Assembly: GCA_963817895.1 (NCBI GenBank)
Contig: CAWFQB010000005.1
Location: forward strand, 608,001 to 672,000
Source: an uncultured Chthonomonadaceae bacterium
GTDB lineage: Bacteria > Armatimonadota > Chthonomonadetes > Chthonomonadales > Chthonomonadaceae
Length of the DNA: 64,000 nt
Direction of reading: 5' to 3'
In this document: positions 41,172 to 51,185 of the stretch, piece by piece
Layout of the letters: each line of letters begins with the position of its first letter
Position numbering within the stretch: the first letter of the stretch is position 1
Translations under genes and position numbers: made by a program
Notes under the pieces: model-generated
What the model was told of the DNA's origin: nothing
Databases searched by the model: none
What the model saw: only the letters and a program-made list of their open reading frames with translations

Positions 41172-42846
41172 TTAGGGTGATTTGCGGTTGCCGGTGTTGC
41201 TGCCGACGACGGCGGATTGCGGCGTACCGGACGACTGAACCGCGTTTTGCAGGAATTGCGACACGTCGGATTTCAGTTTGGCAAGGGAAGCCGTGTCAAT
41301 GTACATCATGTGTCCTGCCGTATATTGGGCGGTGGTGATGTTGGCGCGCAGGGTGGGGTCGAGTCCGAGATGCGCGACGGTGTACTGCGCGGCGAAGTAG
41401 GGCGTTGCCAGATCGTAAAACCCTTCCGCCACGAACAGCTTCATGTACGGGTTTTTGGCGAACGCGCTGCGCAGGGATTCGCTGACGTTGGCAAACCCCT
41501 GTCCGCGTGTCCCCCAATCCCACGGCGCTTTGATGCCCCCGCCCAGCACGTAATACTCCTCATCCGAATCGAATTTCAACTCTTCGCTGGCGTACATATT
41601 CATCATCGCGGTGTACGGCGGGCGAATGGCGGACTGGCTCGGGTCGAAATCCGGCGTCTGCGATACGTTGGACGAGTTCAAGCCCCACAAAGCGGCTGTC
41701 CAATCGGCCTACGGAATGTTTGCGGTCACGCAGCAACTCCTTGCAGAAGCTCTCGATGTCCACGCGCAGGTCGCTGTTGTCCAGATAGGTTTTCGACAAC
41801 CCCGTATACCGCGCCATTTTGTCAATCGCGGCCTGCCGTTGCGATGAGGTCAATCTATCGCCCTGCGCCAGCGCGTTCGCGTAGTCCGTTTGCGCCCACG
41901 TTTCCGCCTCTTTCAGCGTGGAAGTCAAGTCTTTTTGCAAAGCGTCGGGCAGTTTGTGATGATAAAAGGCGGTGGCGGTATAGGTCGGCAGGAACAGCAT
42001 ATAGGGCAGGTCGTTGCCCGGCCGGAACTCCAGCGTCTGGAAGTTCAGCACGGAACTGAGCAGGGCAATGCCGTTGAGCGCGATGCCGTGTTCCACAAGG
42101 TAGTTGGACAGCCCCGCCGCCCGCGTCGTGCCGTAGCTTTCGCCCGCCAGAAACAGGGGCGAACCCCAGCGCTTGTAGCGGGTCAGGTACAGGCGTATAA
42201 AATCACCCGCAGCCGCAATGTCGCCCTGCAAGCCCCAGAATTTCGCCCCGTATTCCGGTTTGGTCGGGCGGCTGTATCCGGTTCCAACGGGGTCGAGGAA
42301 CACAAGGTCGGATTGGTCCAGCCATGTCTGCTCGTTGTCTACAAGATGGTAGGGCGGCGGCGGCAGTCCGCCATCGGGCAGCATCTGCACCCGTTTCGGC
42401 CCGATTGCGCCCAAATGCAGCCACACGGACGCCGATCCCGGCCCGCCATTGAACGCGAACACAAGCGGACGGCGCGGATCAGGGTTTGCGCCTGCGCCGT
42501 CCGTCCGATGGTACGCGACAAAGAAGATGTTCGCTTCGGTTTCGCCCGTCGCGCCCCTCATCGGCATCATGCCCGTTGTGGCTGTATAGGTAAGCGGCGT
42601 CCCGTGAACCATAATCTCATGCCGCGTGACAACCGGCGGCGCGGCGTCTCGAACCGGCGCGACATTCGGCGCAGGCGTTGCGGCTACAGTCGCAGCCGAA
42701 TTCGCGCCGGGAGCGGAACCGGGCGTACCGGCGGGATTACGGTTCCGCTGCGCATTTGCGCCAACAGAAATCGTTGCCGGCATCAGCAGCAAACACAGCC
42801 GTAGACAGAAGGCGCAGCCCGGGCCTCGCAATGAGCGATACGTCAA
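41172..42846 (-). CDS. Serine carboxypeptidase S10 family, frameshift near 41670
   Basis: FNGGPGSAS, DPVGTGYS, GESYGTTR, GFYDLATP and AGHMMY. Confidence 0.92.
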
Positions 42847-43060
42847 TTTGTTTTCTCCATTCGGTTGACTGGCAGGTTCAATGATGGCTGGAACAAAGGC
42901 GAAAGTTTGTACCCTCAATCCCGGCCCTTCTCCCTGTGCTTCGTGGAAGTAACAGTGGAAATGACAAGCCGGGGCGCCTGTCTATACCAGATGCGATACG
43001 GACAAACGCCCCGACTTCACTTCTATGTTCATCAGCGGCGACAAAGCGACGGCGACACGC

Positions 43061-43276
43061 TCACGCTGATTTCTTTTGCAAGGTTTGGGAAGACGCCAGA
43101 ATAGGCCGCTCCAGGTTGATGGGAAAATGTCCGGTCATGTCGGTTTCTTCAATCCCCGGCGTCCTATACTCCATAAAATCCAGCAGTTCTTCGGGCGTCA
43201 TGCTGGCGAGGAACTCGCGCGCGCGAACAAAATCTTCATGAGTTATCCGATGGGGCTGTTTGTTGTCTGTTTCCAT
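43061..43276 (-). CDS. Small hypothetical protein (possible antitoxin)
   Basis: GAGGTGA RBS; 71 aa with an acidic helical core; directly downstream of the ART-like gene. Confidence 0.6.
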   Translation of the reverse strand: METDNKQPHRITHEDFVRAREFLASMTPEELLDFMEYRTPGIEETDMTGHFPINLERPILASSQTLQKKSA

Positions 43277-43332
43277 GCTTCACCTCTTTATCAGCAATGC
43301 GACAATTCTGTTTGCAGGCAAATGCAGCGCTA

Positions 43333-43912
43333 TCAGAAGTGTACCAAAAAGATGTCCAAAAAGCAAGCCGCGTCACGCGCTGCAATTTGCGTATGCGCGC
43401 GGCTGAGTATCTTTGAGCCGGGATAGATCGGGTCGCCTTCAGGGAAACTGCCACGCACTGTTTGTACAGCAGGCAGCAAGTTGGTTTCCAGAGCGCGGCA
43501 ACAGGTGTCAATTACTTGCCGATCAAGGTAGTGCGCTCCCCGTTGCGTATTTCGCGGCAGGTTCCCGCTCCCCACTTCTGCAACAACTTGCTGATACGTT
43601 TGCGCCAGTTCCTGCATGTATTGGGTATCCAGCAAGTTCAGGCAATTTCCTAACCGAATGGTTGCGCCCACAACGGCGGGTTCTTCTCCTGACGCGGCAC
43701 ACCTCAGCATAGCCCAATCCAGAGCGCGATACGGCGCGTACTCCCAAAAGTAGATGCCCTCGCCAAGCCAATCGTAGGCTTTGGTGGAAGGCGTGAATTG
43801 TTGCTGCGCGAGAATCATTTCGGCGGTTGCGCGAACAGCCGTGATAGCCGACCACGAACTCAGGCGCGACAATCAAGGGTGGGACGGAGTTGGGTTCTAA
43901 CGGCGATGACAC
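43333..43912 (-). CDS. Putative ADP-ribosyltransferase-fold toxin, frameshift near 43830
   Basis: VVGYHGC (frame 43912) joined to DWLGEGIYFWE...LGNCLNLLD...FPEGDPIYPGS...HTQIAARD. Confidence 0.65.
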
Positions 43913-44065
43913 TTCTTCTGCTCCTGCGCGTATTCTGCTATTGGCATAATTATAGCATTATCGGCGTCAGTATCGGAAGGGTATCTACGCGCTGATGGGG
44001 AACAGGCGGGTGAGAGTGGTCGAGGAACGCGGTTCGCGCTTGTCCGCTTACTCTGAGAGGAGCGT

Positions 44066-44233
44066 ATGAAAATCGGTTACATCGCTTTGTGTCTGATCGT
44101 GCCGTTGCTATGGGGGTTGGCGTCCGCGCGCCTGTTCGACTGGTGGCAGGCGCGTTCCAAACGAACGGATTCTCCGCCCGACAGCAATGACGATACTGAC
44201 TCGCCTATGTCCGGGGATATGTACCATATTTAG
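44066..44233 (+). CDS. 55-aa single-TM small protein (below ORF-track cutoff)
   Basis: GAGAGGAG RBS; MKIGYIALCLIVPLLWGLASARLFDWWQAR...GDMYHI-TAG. Confidence 0.7.
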   Translation: MKIGYIALCLIVPLLWGLASARLFDWWQARSKRTDSPPDSNDDTDSPMSGDMYHI

Positions 44234-44328
44234 GTTGTTAGTTGTTAGGTTGTTAGGTTGTTAGGAATACTGCATTATCCAAGAGGTCTTTGACTTATGA
44301 ACTTAACAACTAACAACCTAACAACCTA
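44231..44328. repeat. 7/8-mer repeat palindrome (TAGGTTGT)n...(ACAACCTA)n
   Basis: Starts at the TAG of the small ORF; same family as 54484-54606. Confidence 0.9.
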
Positions 44329-44343
44329 CTCTCGGTAACTCAC

Positions 44344-45240
44344 ATGATTGCAGCACATACGCCGTTTTGGTGGATAGGTTTGGTGTTGCTTGGCTTTGCG
44401 GTTGGCATCATCGCGGGCATGTTCGGGGTGGGCGGCGGGTTTCTGCTGACGCCGATGCTTGCTGTACTGTTTCGCGTACCGCTGGATGTGGCGGTGGGAA
44501 CGGGCATGTGCCAGATGATCGGCGTGGGTGTCGCCGCGCTGTCGCGCCATCTCAAATTGAAACAGGGCGAACTCGTCATAGACGGCCTGATGCTGCCGGG
44601 CAGTCTGCTGGGCGTGGGATTGGGGGCGCAGACGGTCGCCATTCTGAGTGGCATAGGCGCGCTGCGCATTGCCGGACATACGATTGCCGCTTCACATTTC
44701 GGGCTGTCTGTCGCGTACATCCTGACGCTCGCGTTTATCGCCTTCTGGATGGGACGCGATTCCCGCCGCCCCATGCGCCCCGCCGGGGAACCCGTGCCGC
44801 CGGGTCCCCTTGCCCGCCTGCCCCTGCCGCCCTACGTATGGCTTCCCCGTTCGGAACAGCGCGTTTCCACTCTCGTCATCGCCTATCTCGGACTGGCAAC
44901 CGGCTTTCTGTCCGGGCTGCTCGGCATGGGCGGCGGCGCGATTCTGACGCCCATTCTGATCTACGGCATCGGGATGCGGACGCGAACGGCGGCGGGAACG
45001 GGTATTCTGGTTCTTGTCGCCACGTCCTTAGTCGGAACCGCTGTTCATGCGTGGAACGGACATGTTCATCTCGGCATGGCAATCACGCTGCTTACCGGTT
45101 CCACAATCGGTGCGCAATTGGGGGCAATGCTGACCTCCAGAACGGACGGCCAGAAACTGCGCCGCGTTTTTGTGTGGCTCGTGCTGTTCACGATGGCTGC
45201 CGTTGTCTGGGATTTACTCCGTGTTCTGCTTGCCTCATAG
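44344..45240 (+). CDS. Sulfite exporter TauE/SafE family protein
   Basis: GMFGVGGGFLLTPML and GLLGMGGGAILTPIL repeated TM motifs. Confidence 0.92.
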   Translation: MIAAHTPFWWIGLVLLGFAVGIIAGMFGVGGGFLLTPMLAVLFRVPLDVAVGTGMCQMIGVGVAALSRHLKLKQGELVIDGLMLPGSLLGVGLGAQTVAILSGIGALRIAGHTIAASHFGLSVAYILTLAFIAFWMGRDSRRPMRPAGEPVPPGPLARLPLPPYVWLPRSEQRVSTLVIAYLGLATGFLSGLLGMGGGAILTPILIYGIGMRTRTAAGTGILVLVATSLVGTAVHAWNGHVHLGMAITLLTGSTIGAQLGAMLTSRTDGQKLRRVFVWLVLFTMAAVVWDLLRVLLAS

Positions 45241-45375
45241 TTCCTGTATGTTGATACTGCCCGAAAAAGGGCAGGACTTCGCCTGCGTTACAGAGAAACT
45301 TATCTTCAGAATGTTTCCGCAGACTGTCCGCCTGTATTTTCGCAGGCGTCACTTTCAAGATTTCAGGAGGTTGCC

Positions 45376-46059
45376 ATGCTGCTTCGCCGTTTGCCGCGCC
45401 CGGTCGTCGCGTCCGCTGTATGCCTGACCTTGTCGCTTCCGACAGTTGCGCATGAGCATTTTCTGCCCTGTTTCGTTTCGGAAGCCCCGGTTCCCATCGC
45501 GTATCATCCGCGTTATGAGAACCTCTTTCAGGGCTACGAGCAGTGGGTTCGCCTGAGTTTTCAGCCCTCCCGCTGGCGGACGCTGGCGTACATCGAAGAC
45601 TGCGGCCTGCGCAAAATCGCGGCTCGCCTTCATCTGCATCCGGCTCCTGAGAGCGCGACTTCACCCTGTTCGTCGGGCGGCAGTAACGAAATACCGCGCG
45701 ACAGTTGGGTGTATCCCGCGCTGAAAAGCCTGCAACAGGAACATCTGGTGGAGATTTCCGGTTCCAGTTGCTACTTCCGCAATAAACTCCCGCCGCTTTT
45801 CACGCGCTATGAGGTGGCTGTTGCTTTGCAACGCGCCCTGTCGCATTTTACGCGAACGCGCTCAGACGATGCGGGCGTAGTATGGGAATCTTGCGTCGTC
45901 AACCGGGACCTGCGGCGGCAGACGGCCCGTGACCTGATAGATCTGTGTTACCAGTTCAGAGGGGAATTGCAGGCGATAGGCATGGATGCGCAACATACCG
46001 AACGGCTTACCCACACGCTGGAAGCGTATCTGCGCTCTCGTCCCACATCTGCGCAATAA
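45376..46059 (+). CDS. Hypothetical secreted protein with SLH-like domain
   Basis: EIPRDSWVYPALKSL...FTRYEVAVALQRAL; AGGAGG RBS. Confidence 0.6.
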   Translation: MLLRRLPRPVVASAVCLTLSLPTVAHEHFLPCFVSEAPVPIAYHPRYENLFQGYEQWVRLSFQPSRWRTLAYIEDCGLRKIAARLHLHPAPESATSPCSSGGSNEIPRDSWVYPALKSLQQEHLVEISGSSCYFRNKLPPLFTRYEVAVALQRALSHFTRTRSDDAGVVWESCVVNRDLRRQTARDLIDLCYQFRGELQAIGMDAQHTERLTHTLEAYLRSRPTSAQ

Positions 46060-46167
46060 CATCCGTCTGCCACAGTATCTGAAACCGATGAACGCGGTTG
46101 TAACGGCGTTTCCATTCAGCATCCCGCTATCTAATCGTAACACAATCCAAAACAGGAGAAATCAAAC

Positions 46168-47225
46168 GTGACGCAGGCAAACGTGGCGCAGGAACTACAA
46201 TTGAAATGGGGCATTTTAGGCACGGGCAATATCGCTAAAACCCTTGCCCTTGCCATCAACGCCTCCAAAACCGGGCATCTGCTTGCGGTGGGCAGCCGCT
46301 CACAGGAAGCGGCGGACAAGTTCGGCGCGGAACACAGCATCGAACGCCGTTACGACACTTACGACAAAGTTCTTGAGCGACCCGGACGTGCAGGCCGTCT
46401 ACATTTCGCTCCCGAACCATCTGCATAAGGAATGGGCCATCAAGTGCGCTCAGGCGGGCAAGCATGTCCTGTGCGAAAAGCCGTTTACGGTGAATCTGGC
46501 GGAAGCGGAAGAAGCCATAGATGCAGTACGCGCAACCGGCGTGTTTCTGATGGAAGCGTTTCAATACCGCTGCCATCCGATTATGCGGAAGACCTGCGAG
46601 TTGATTCAGTCCGGCGCGATTGGAACCGTGAAAATCATACAGGCCAGTTTTCAGTACAATCTCGGCCCGAAGTATGAGAACATCCGGCTGTCGAACCCCG
46701 CTGCGGGCGGCGGCATTATGGACGTGGGCTGCTACACCCTCGCGTTTGTTCGGCTGATTGCGGGCGCGGCAATCGGGAAACCGTTTTCGGAACCGGAGGA
46801 GTTGAGGGGCGTAGGCTACATTGGCCCGACTAGCCGCGTGGATGAGCAGGCGACGGCGGCGATAAAGTTTCCCGGCGACATTGTGGCGTATCTCGCCTGT
46901 GGGACGCAGATGTACGGCGACCGGGCGGCGGTTATCTTCGGCACGGAGGGCAAAATCGTCATTCCCAACCCCTGGATACCGGCGGAAAAGGACAACAAAA
47001 TCCTGCTGTATAAACCGGGCGAAAACACGCCGCAGGAGTTTGTCGTGGACGCGGACGGCAGAGGACCGTACACCGTTGAGGCCGACCTGCTGGCGCAGTG
47101 CATTCGCGGCAGGCAAAACGGAACCCGATACGCCCGCCCTTACATGGCAGGACAGCCTGGGCAACATGCGCGCTCTGGACATGTGGCGCAAAGAAATCGG
47201 CCTTGTTTTCGATGTAGAAAAATAA
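46168..47225 (+). CDS. Gfo/Idh/MocA oxidoreductase, frameshifted
   Basis: WGILGTGNIA, YISLPNHLH, GKHVLCEKP and GGGIMDVGCY. Confidence 0.92.
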
Positions 47226-47262
47226 GACCGGTCAAACAGACAGAACAGAGGAGTTATTAACC

Positions 47263-48683
47263 ATGACGGACATTCCATTGACGGCGAGTACGAACAATAT
47301 GCCGCTGATACAACACAGGAAGAACACTGCTGCGGCGGGCCGGGATACGCTTCACCCGAAGAGGCGATGAAGGCGGAACCGGAAAAACTGCTGTATACCA
47401 TTGCGCTGTATACGGGAACGGGCATTGAAGAGCCGGATTATCTGGCTACCGTAGATGTTGACCCCGCTTCGCCCACTTATAGCAAAGTGATTTCCCGCGC
47501 GCCCGTGCCGAATATCGGGGACGAACTGCACCATTTTGGCTGGAACGCTTGCAGCAGTTGCCACAATGACGGCAGCAAATCGCGGCGGTTTCTGGTCGTG
47601 CCGGGGCAGAGTTCGAGCCGTATTCATATCTTCGACACGAAGGAACCGCGCTATCCCGTCTTGCATAAAGTGATCGAACCCGAAGAGATCAAACGCGAAA
47701 ACCAATCTTATCCGCGCCGCATACCGTGCATTGCCTTGCGGACGGGCATGTGATGATCTCCATGCTTGGTGACGCGGAGGGCAACGGGCCGGGCGGGTTT
47801 CTGCTGCTGGACAGCAATTTCGACATTGCGGGCCGGTGGGAACACGACATGACCGGCATGAACTTCAATTATGACTTTTGGTATCAGCCCCGGCACAACG
47901 TCATGGTCAGCAGCGAGTGGGGCGCGCCCAAAACCTATCAGCCCGGTTTCGATCTCGACGACGTGAAAAACGGCAAATACGGCCACTCGCTGCACTTCTG
48001 GGACTGGCAAAAGCATGACATCATCAAGAGCGTGGATTTGGGCGAAGAGGGCATGATTCCTCTCGAACTGCGCTTTCACCACAACCCGGACAGCACGCAC
48101 GGCTATGTGGCCGCCGCGCTTTCCAGCAACGTGTTCCACTTTACCAAAAACGGCGACGCCCCGACGGATTGGGCGGTCAACAAAGTGATGGATGTGGAGC
48201 CGTTTGAACTGGATAGCTGGCCGTTCCCCGTGCCGTCGCTAATTACCGACATTCTGCTGTCGCTGGATGATAAGTACATGTACTTTTCTAACTGGCTGCA
48301 CGGCGACATTCGCCAGTACGACATTTCCGAGCCCGGCGAACCCGAAGCTGTCCGGGCAAGTGTGGTGCGGCGGATTGTTGGGCCGGAGTTCCAAAGTGCA
48401 GGGACACACGCTGCATGGCGGGCCGCAGATGATCCAACTCAGTCTGGACGGCAAGCGTTTGTACGTCACCAACAGCCTGTTCAGTTCGTGGGACAACCAG
48501 TTTTATCCCGACATGAAGCAGTCCGGCTCGTACATGCTGCAAATTGACTGCGATGGGGAAAACGGCGGCATGAAGATCAACGAAGATTTCTACGTGGACT
48601 TCTCCAAAGAACCCAACGGCCCCTCCCGCGCCCACGAAATGCGCTACCCCGGCGGCGATGTCACTTCCGACATCTGGATATAG
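47263..48683 (+). CDS. Selenium-binding protein SBP56 / methanethiol oxidase-like, frameshifted
   Basis: [47 protein letters not shown] and [17 protein letters not shown]. Confidence 0.92.
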
Positions 48684-48960
48684 GAGAAGAAAAGGAGAAA
48701 AGGAGAAGAGGAGAGGGAACCGCTAAACACTCGAAATAAACGAAAAAAGACAAAAAGAAGAACAAAAGAAAAATAGACAGGATTAAATGGATTTTTCAGG
48801 ATGGACAGGATTATACATTAAAACCAGATGGATTGTAATTCCTATATGTGTGTATCCGTGTCCTCCATGGTTTGTATTTTTGTTTTCCTCATTTTTCGTG
48901 TGTTTCGCGTATTTCGGCGATTCCCCTCTCCTCTTCTCCTTTTCTCCTTTTCTCCTCTTC
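48684..48960. repeat. Nested composite repeat palindrome filling a whole convergent intergenic gap
   Basis: Outer (GGAGAAAA)n/(TTTTCTCC)n arms, inner AACCGC..CGAAA/TTTCG.. arms, and central solo arms of two other families. Confidence 0.85.
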
Positions 48961-50187
48961 TTACTCTGTATTGCCGGGGCGGAGGAGTTGTTCGGCGGGC
49001 GTGGTTTCCACGTACAGGCCGGGGCGCAGCAGTTGATTGGCGGGGGAAGCGTTGTGGGACGGGCGCAGCAGGATGGCGGGGGCCTGTTCCTCGCGCAGCC
49101 GCGTTTGTAAAACAGGTAGGACGCGGGCAGCCTCCTCGCGCACGGCAGGGGTTGCGCCGTGTTCGGCAAGACGCGCCACTTTGTCGGCCACGCTTCCCGT
49201 TCCCACCCATTCCAGCGCCTGCAAAATCGCCACGTCTAGATCGGGATCGTGTCCCCGGCCCAGGGCGTCCATCAGCTTGCTGCGCGCGCCGAAGGGTAAC
49301 TTCTCCATGTCTTCGCTGTCCACATGGGGCAGCAGATAGCGCAAGGCAAGTCGGGCGGGACCCGGCGACATGCGGTTGTAGCCGAATGCGCCCTCGATTA
49401 CGGCGGGTAGAAACGCTTTGTCGCCTGCCGCGCGCAGCCCTTGCGCCGCAAGCATGGCGATGGCGTTGCGCTCCGAGGCTTCGCGCAGGGCGCGGTACGG
49501 CAGAATACCAAACAGCGCGGCCACAAACCAGAAAAACACGCCCAACATTGTCAGCACGAACAGAGCCGACATTCCCATAACCGGACTGTCCGTAACCATC
49601 ATCCATGTCAGTGTGCCGCCTACAACCATTGTGACCGCAAGGCGAATGGAGTACAAGAGGGGGCGATCCCAGCGCGGGGGCGGCGTGGGCAAACCCGCCA
49701 GCGTGACGGCTACCAGTGTTCCGGCAGCCAGCGGGGTTTGCAGACTGCTGATGGTATCCACGAGCCGTTTCATGCCGCTCAGGGGCCAGTCACCCCCCTG
49801 ATTCAAAACCGCGTTCAGAGCAGGCAGGGCGTCCGGGCCATACGACGCGAGAATATCCGCAGCGGCCTGCTGTACATTAGGGTCTGGATCGAGGATGGCG
49901 AGGGCAAGGGGGGCGAGCGCGCGTTCGGCTCCGATTTGCCCCAGCGCGTCCACAGCCGCCAGCCGCGCTCCCGCCCATCGTTTGCGTTTTATGCTGAGTA
50001 CGCTGCCGAGGAGAGGGACTAAAGCAATGTCGCGCGTTTCTCCCGCCCGTCCGGCAAGCGCCTGACACTCCCCCGGATTGACGCTCACGAGGGCCGCGCG
50101 CAGGCTTTGCGCCAGATCGCTTTCTTCCGCCATGTCGCGGATGCTGGAACGCGGCAGTTCGGTCAGGTTGACATGTTCGCTGTTCAT
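48961..50187 (-). CDS. HEAT-repeat membrane protein
   Basis: RLAAVDALGQIG..ALAPL...DPDPNVQQAAA; two TM segments; terminal LLRP repeats. Confidence 0.75.
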   Translation of the reverse strand: MNSEHVNLTELPRSSIRDMAEESDLAQSLRAALVSVNPGECQALAGRAGETRDIALVPLLGSVLSIKRKRWAGARLAAVDALGQIGAERALAPLALAILDPDPNVQQAAADILASYGPDALPALNAVLNQGGDWPLSGMKRLVDTISSLQTPLAAGTLVAVTLAGLPTPPPRWDRPLLYSIRLAVTMVVGGTLTWMMVTDSPVMGMSALFVLTMLGVFFWFVAALFGILPYRALREASERNAIAMLAAQGLRAAGDKAFLPAVIEGAFGYNRMSPGPARLALRYLLPHVDSEDMEKLPFGARSKLMDALGRGHDPDLDVAILQALEWVGTGSVADKVARLAEHGATPAVREEAARVLPVLQTRLREEQAPAILLRPSHNASPANQLLRPGLYVETTPAEQLLRPGNTE

Positions 50188-50285
50188 ACTCTCCCCATAT
50201 TTTAAGTGGCCCTCAACCCGGGCGTCCACTTGTGGACATGCCCCTTCTCCCAACTTTGGGAGAAGGGGAACCTGTTGGGACAAGT

Positions 50286-51053
50286 TCAATCCGCGTCGCT
50301 GATGGTTCCATCCGGGTTGAGAACCGCGCAGTAGCGGAACATCTTCTTTGTCGTAGCGTCGAACTGCTCAAAGGTGGCGCGGGGAATTTTCATGCGGTAG
50401 GGTTGGCCCTCGAAGCGAAACCAGCCGCGCGAGTAGACAAGCGCGACATTGGGACGGGAACGTTCGCCCCGGTTCGGCGTTCCCCGATGCCACATGCGCG
50501 CGTCCCGCAGCAGCAAATCACCCGCTTTGAGCAGGGGTTTAATGGAGGGCATGTGCGCGGCCATGCGCTCCATGTCGCGGGGCTGCCCGATGAGATGGGT
50601 TCCACCCGGCCACATTTCCAGCGGGCCGTTTTCTACCGTATAATCCACAAGCGGCAGGTTCAGCACACAACTGTAAACCGGAACGCCATACGCGGTTTCG
50701 GGGAACGGCAGGCGCGTATCCAGATGCACAGCCTGATAATCTGAACCGGGAAACGGCGTATCCGACGCGAAGTAGGTGCAGATCATGTCTTTGCCGAACA
50801 GGTTTTCCAGAATGGCAAGGATGGTCGGGTTGGCGTAAAGGTCGGGATCGGCATACGGCAACTCAAACGGCAGGTGCATCTGGAAACGGTTCGCGCCCCG
50901 GTTGGTAGGTTCTGCGGCGCGCTTGGCTTCCAGTCGCACATCGAATTTTTCCAGCATCGCCGCCGTTTTGCCGCGCGAGTACGCCTGCTCCAGCACGACA
51001 TAGCCGTTCATGCGGATTTCATCCGCCAACGATTGTATCTGTTCAGCATCCAA
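50286..51053 (-). CDS. Phytanoyl-CoA dioxygenase (PhyH) family Fe(II)/2OG dioxygenase
   Basis: QAVHLD, ENGPLEMWPGGTH and WHRGTPN...RP. Confidence 0.9.
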   Translation of the reverse strand: MDAEQIQSLADEIRMNGYVVLEQAYSRGKTAAMLEKFDVRLEAKRAAEPTNRGANRFQMHLPFELPYADPDLYANPTILAILENLFGKDMICTYFASDTPFPGSDYQAVHLDTRLPFPETAYGVPVYSCVLNLPLVDYTVENGPLEMWPGGTHLIGQPRDMERMAAHMPSIKPLLKAGDLLLRDARMWHRGTPNRGERSRPNVALVYSRGWFRFEGQPYRMKIPRATFEQFDATTKKMFRYCAVLNPDGTISDAD

Positions 51054-51066
51054 AGCAAATCATCCT

Positions 51067-51185
51067 TTCACCACAGAGACACAGAGACACAGAGGTTTCA
51101 CAGAGATGAGATAAAATGAAGAGGAGAGGAGGTTATTTCTGTTCTCCTCTGTGACTCCTCTGTGTCTCTGTGCCTCGGTGGTTAA
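51067..51185. repeat. Repeat palindrome TTCACCACAGAGACACAGAG...CTCTGTGTCTCTGTG..GTGGTTAA
   Basis: Arms about 51067-51105 and 51146-51185; abuts the stop at 51186. Confidence 0.85.

Noticed and set aside
46256..47425. 389-aa minus-strand ORF
   Set aside because: Antisense shadow of the Gfo/Idh/MocA gene; no motifs
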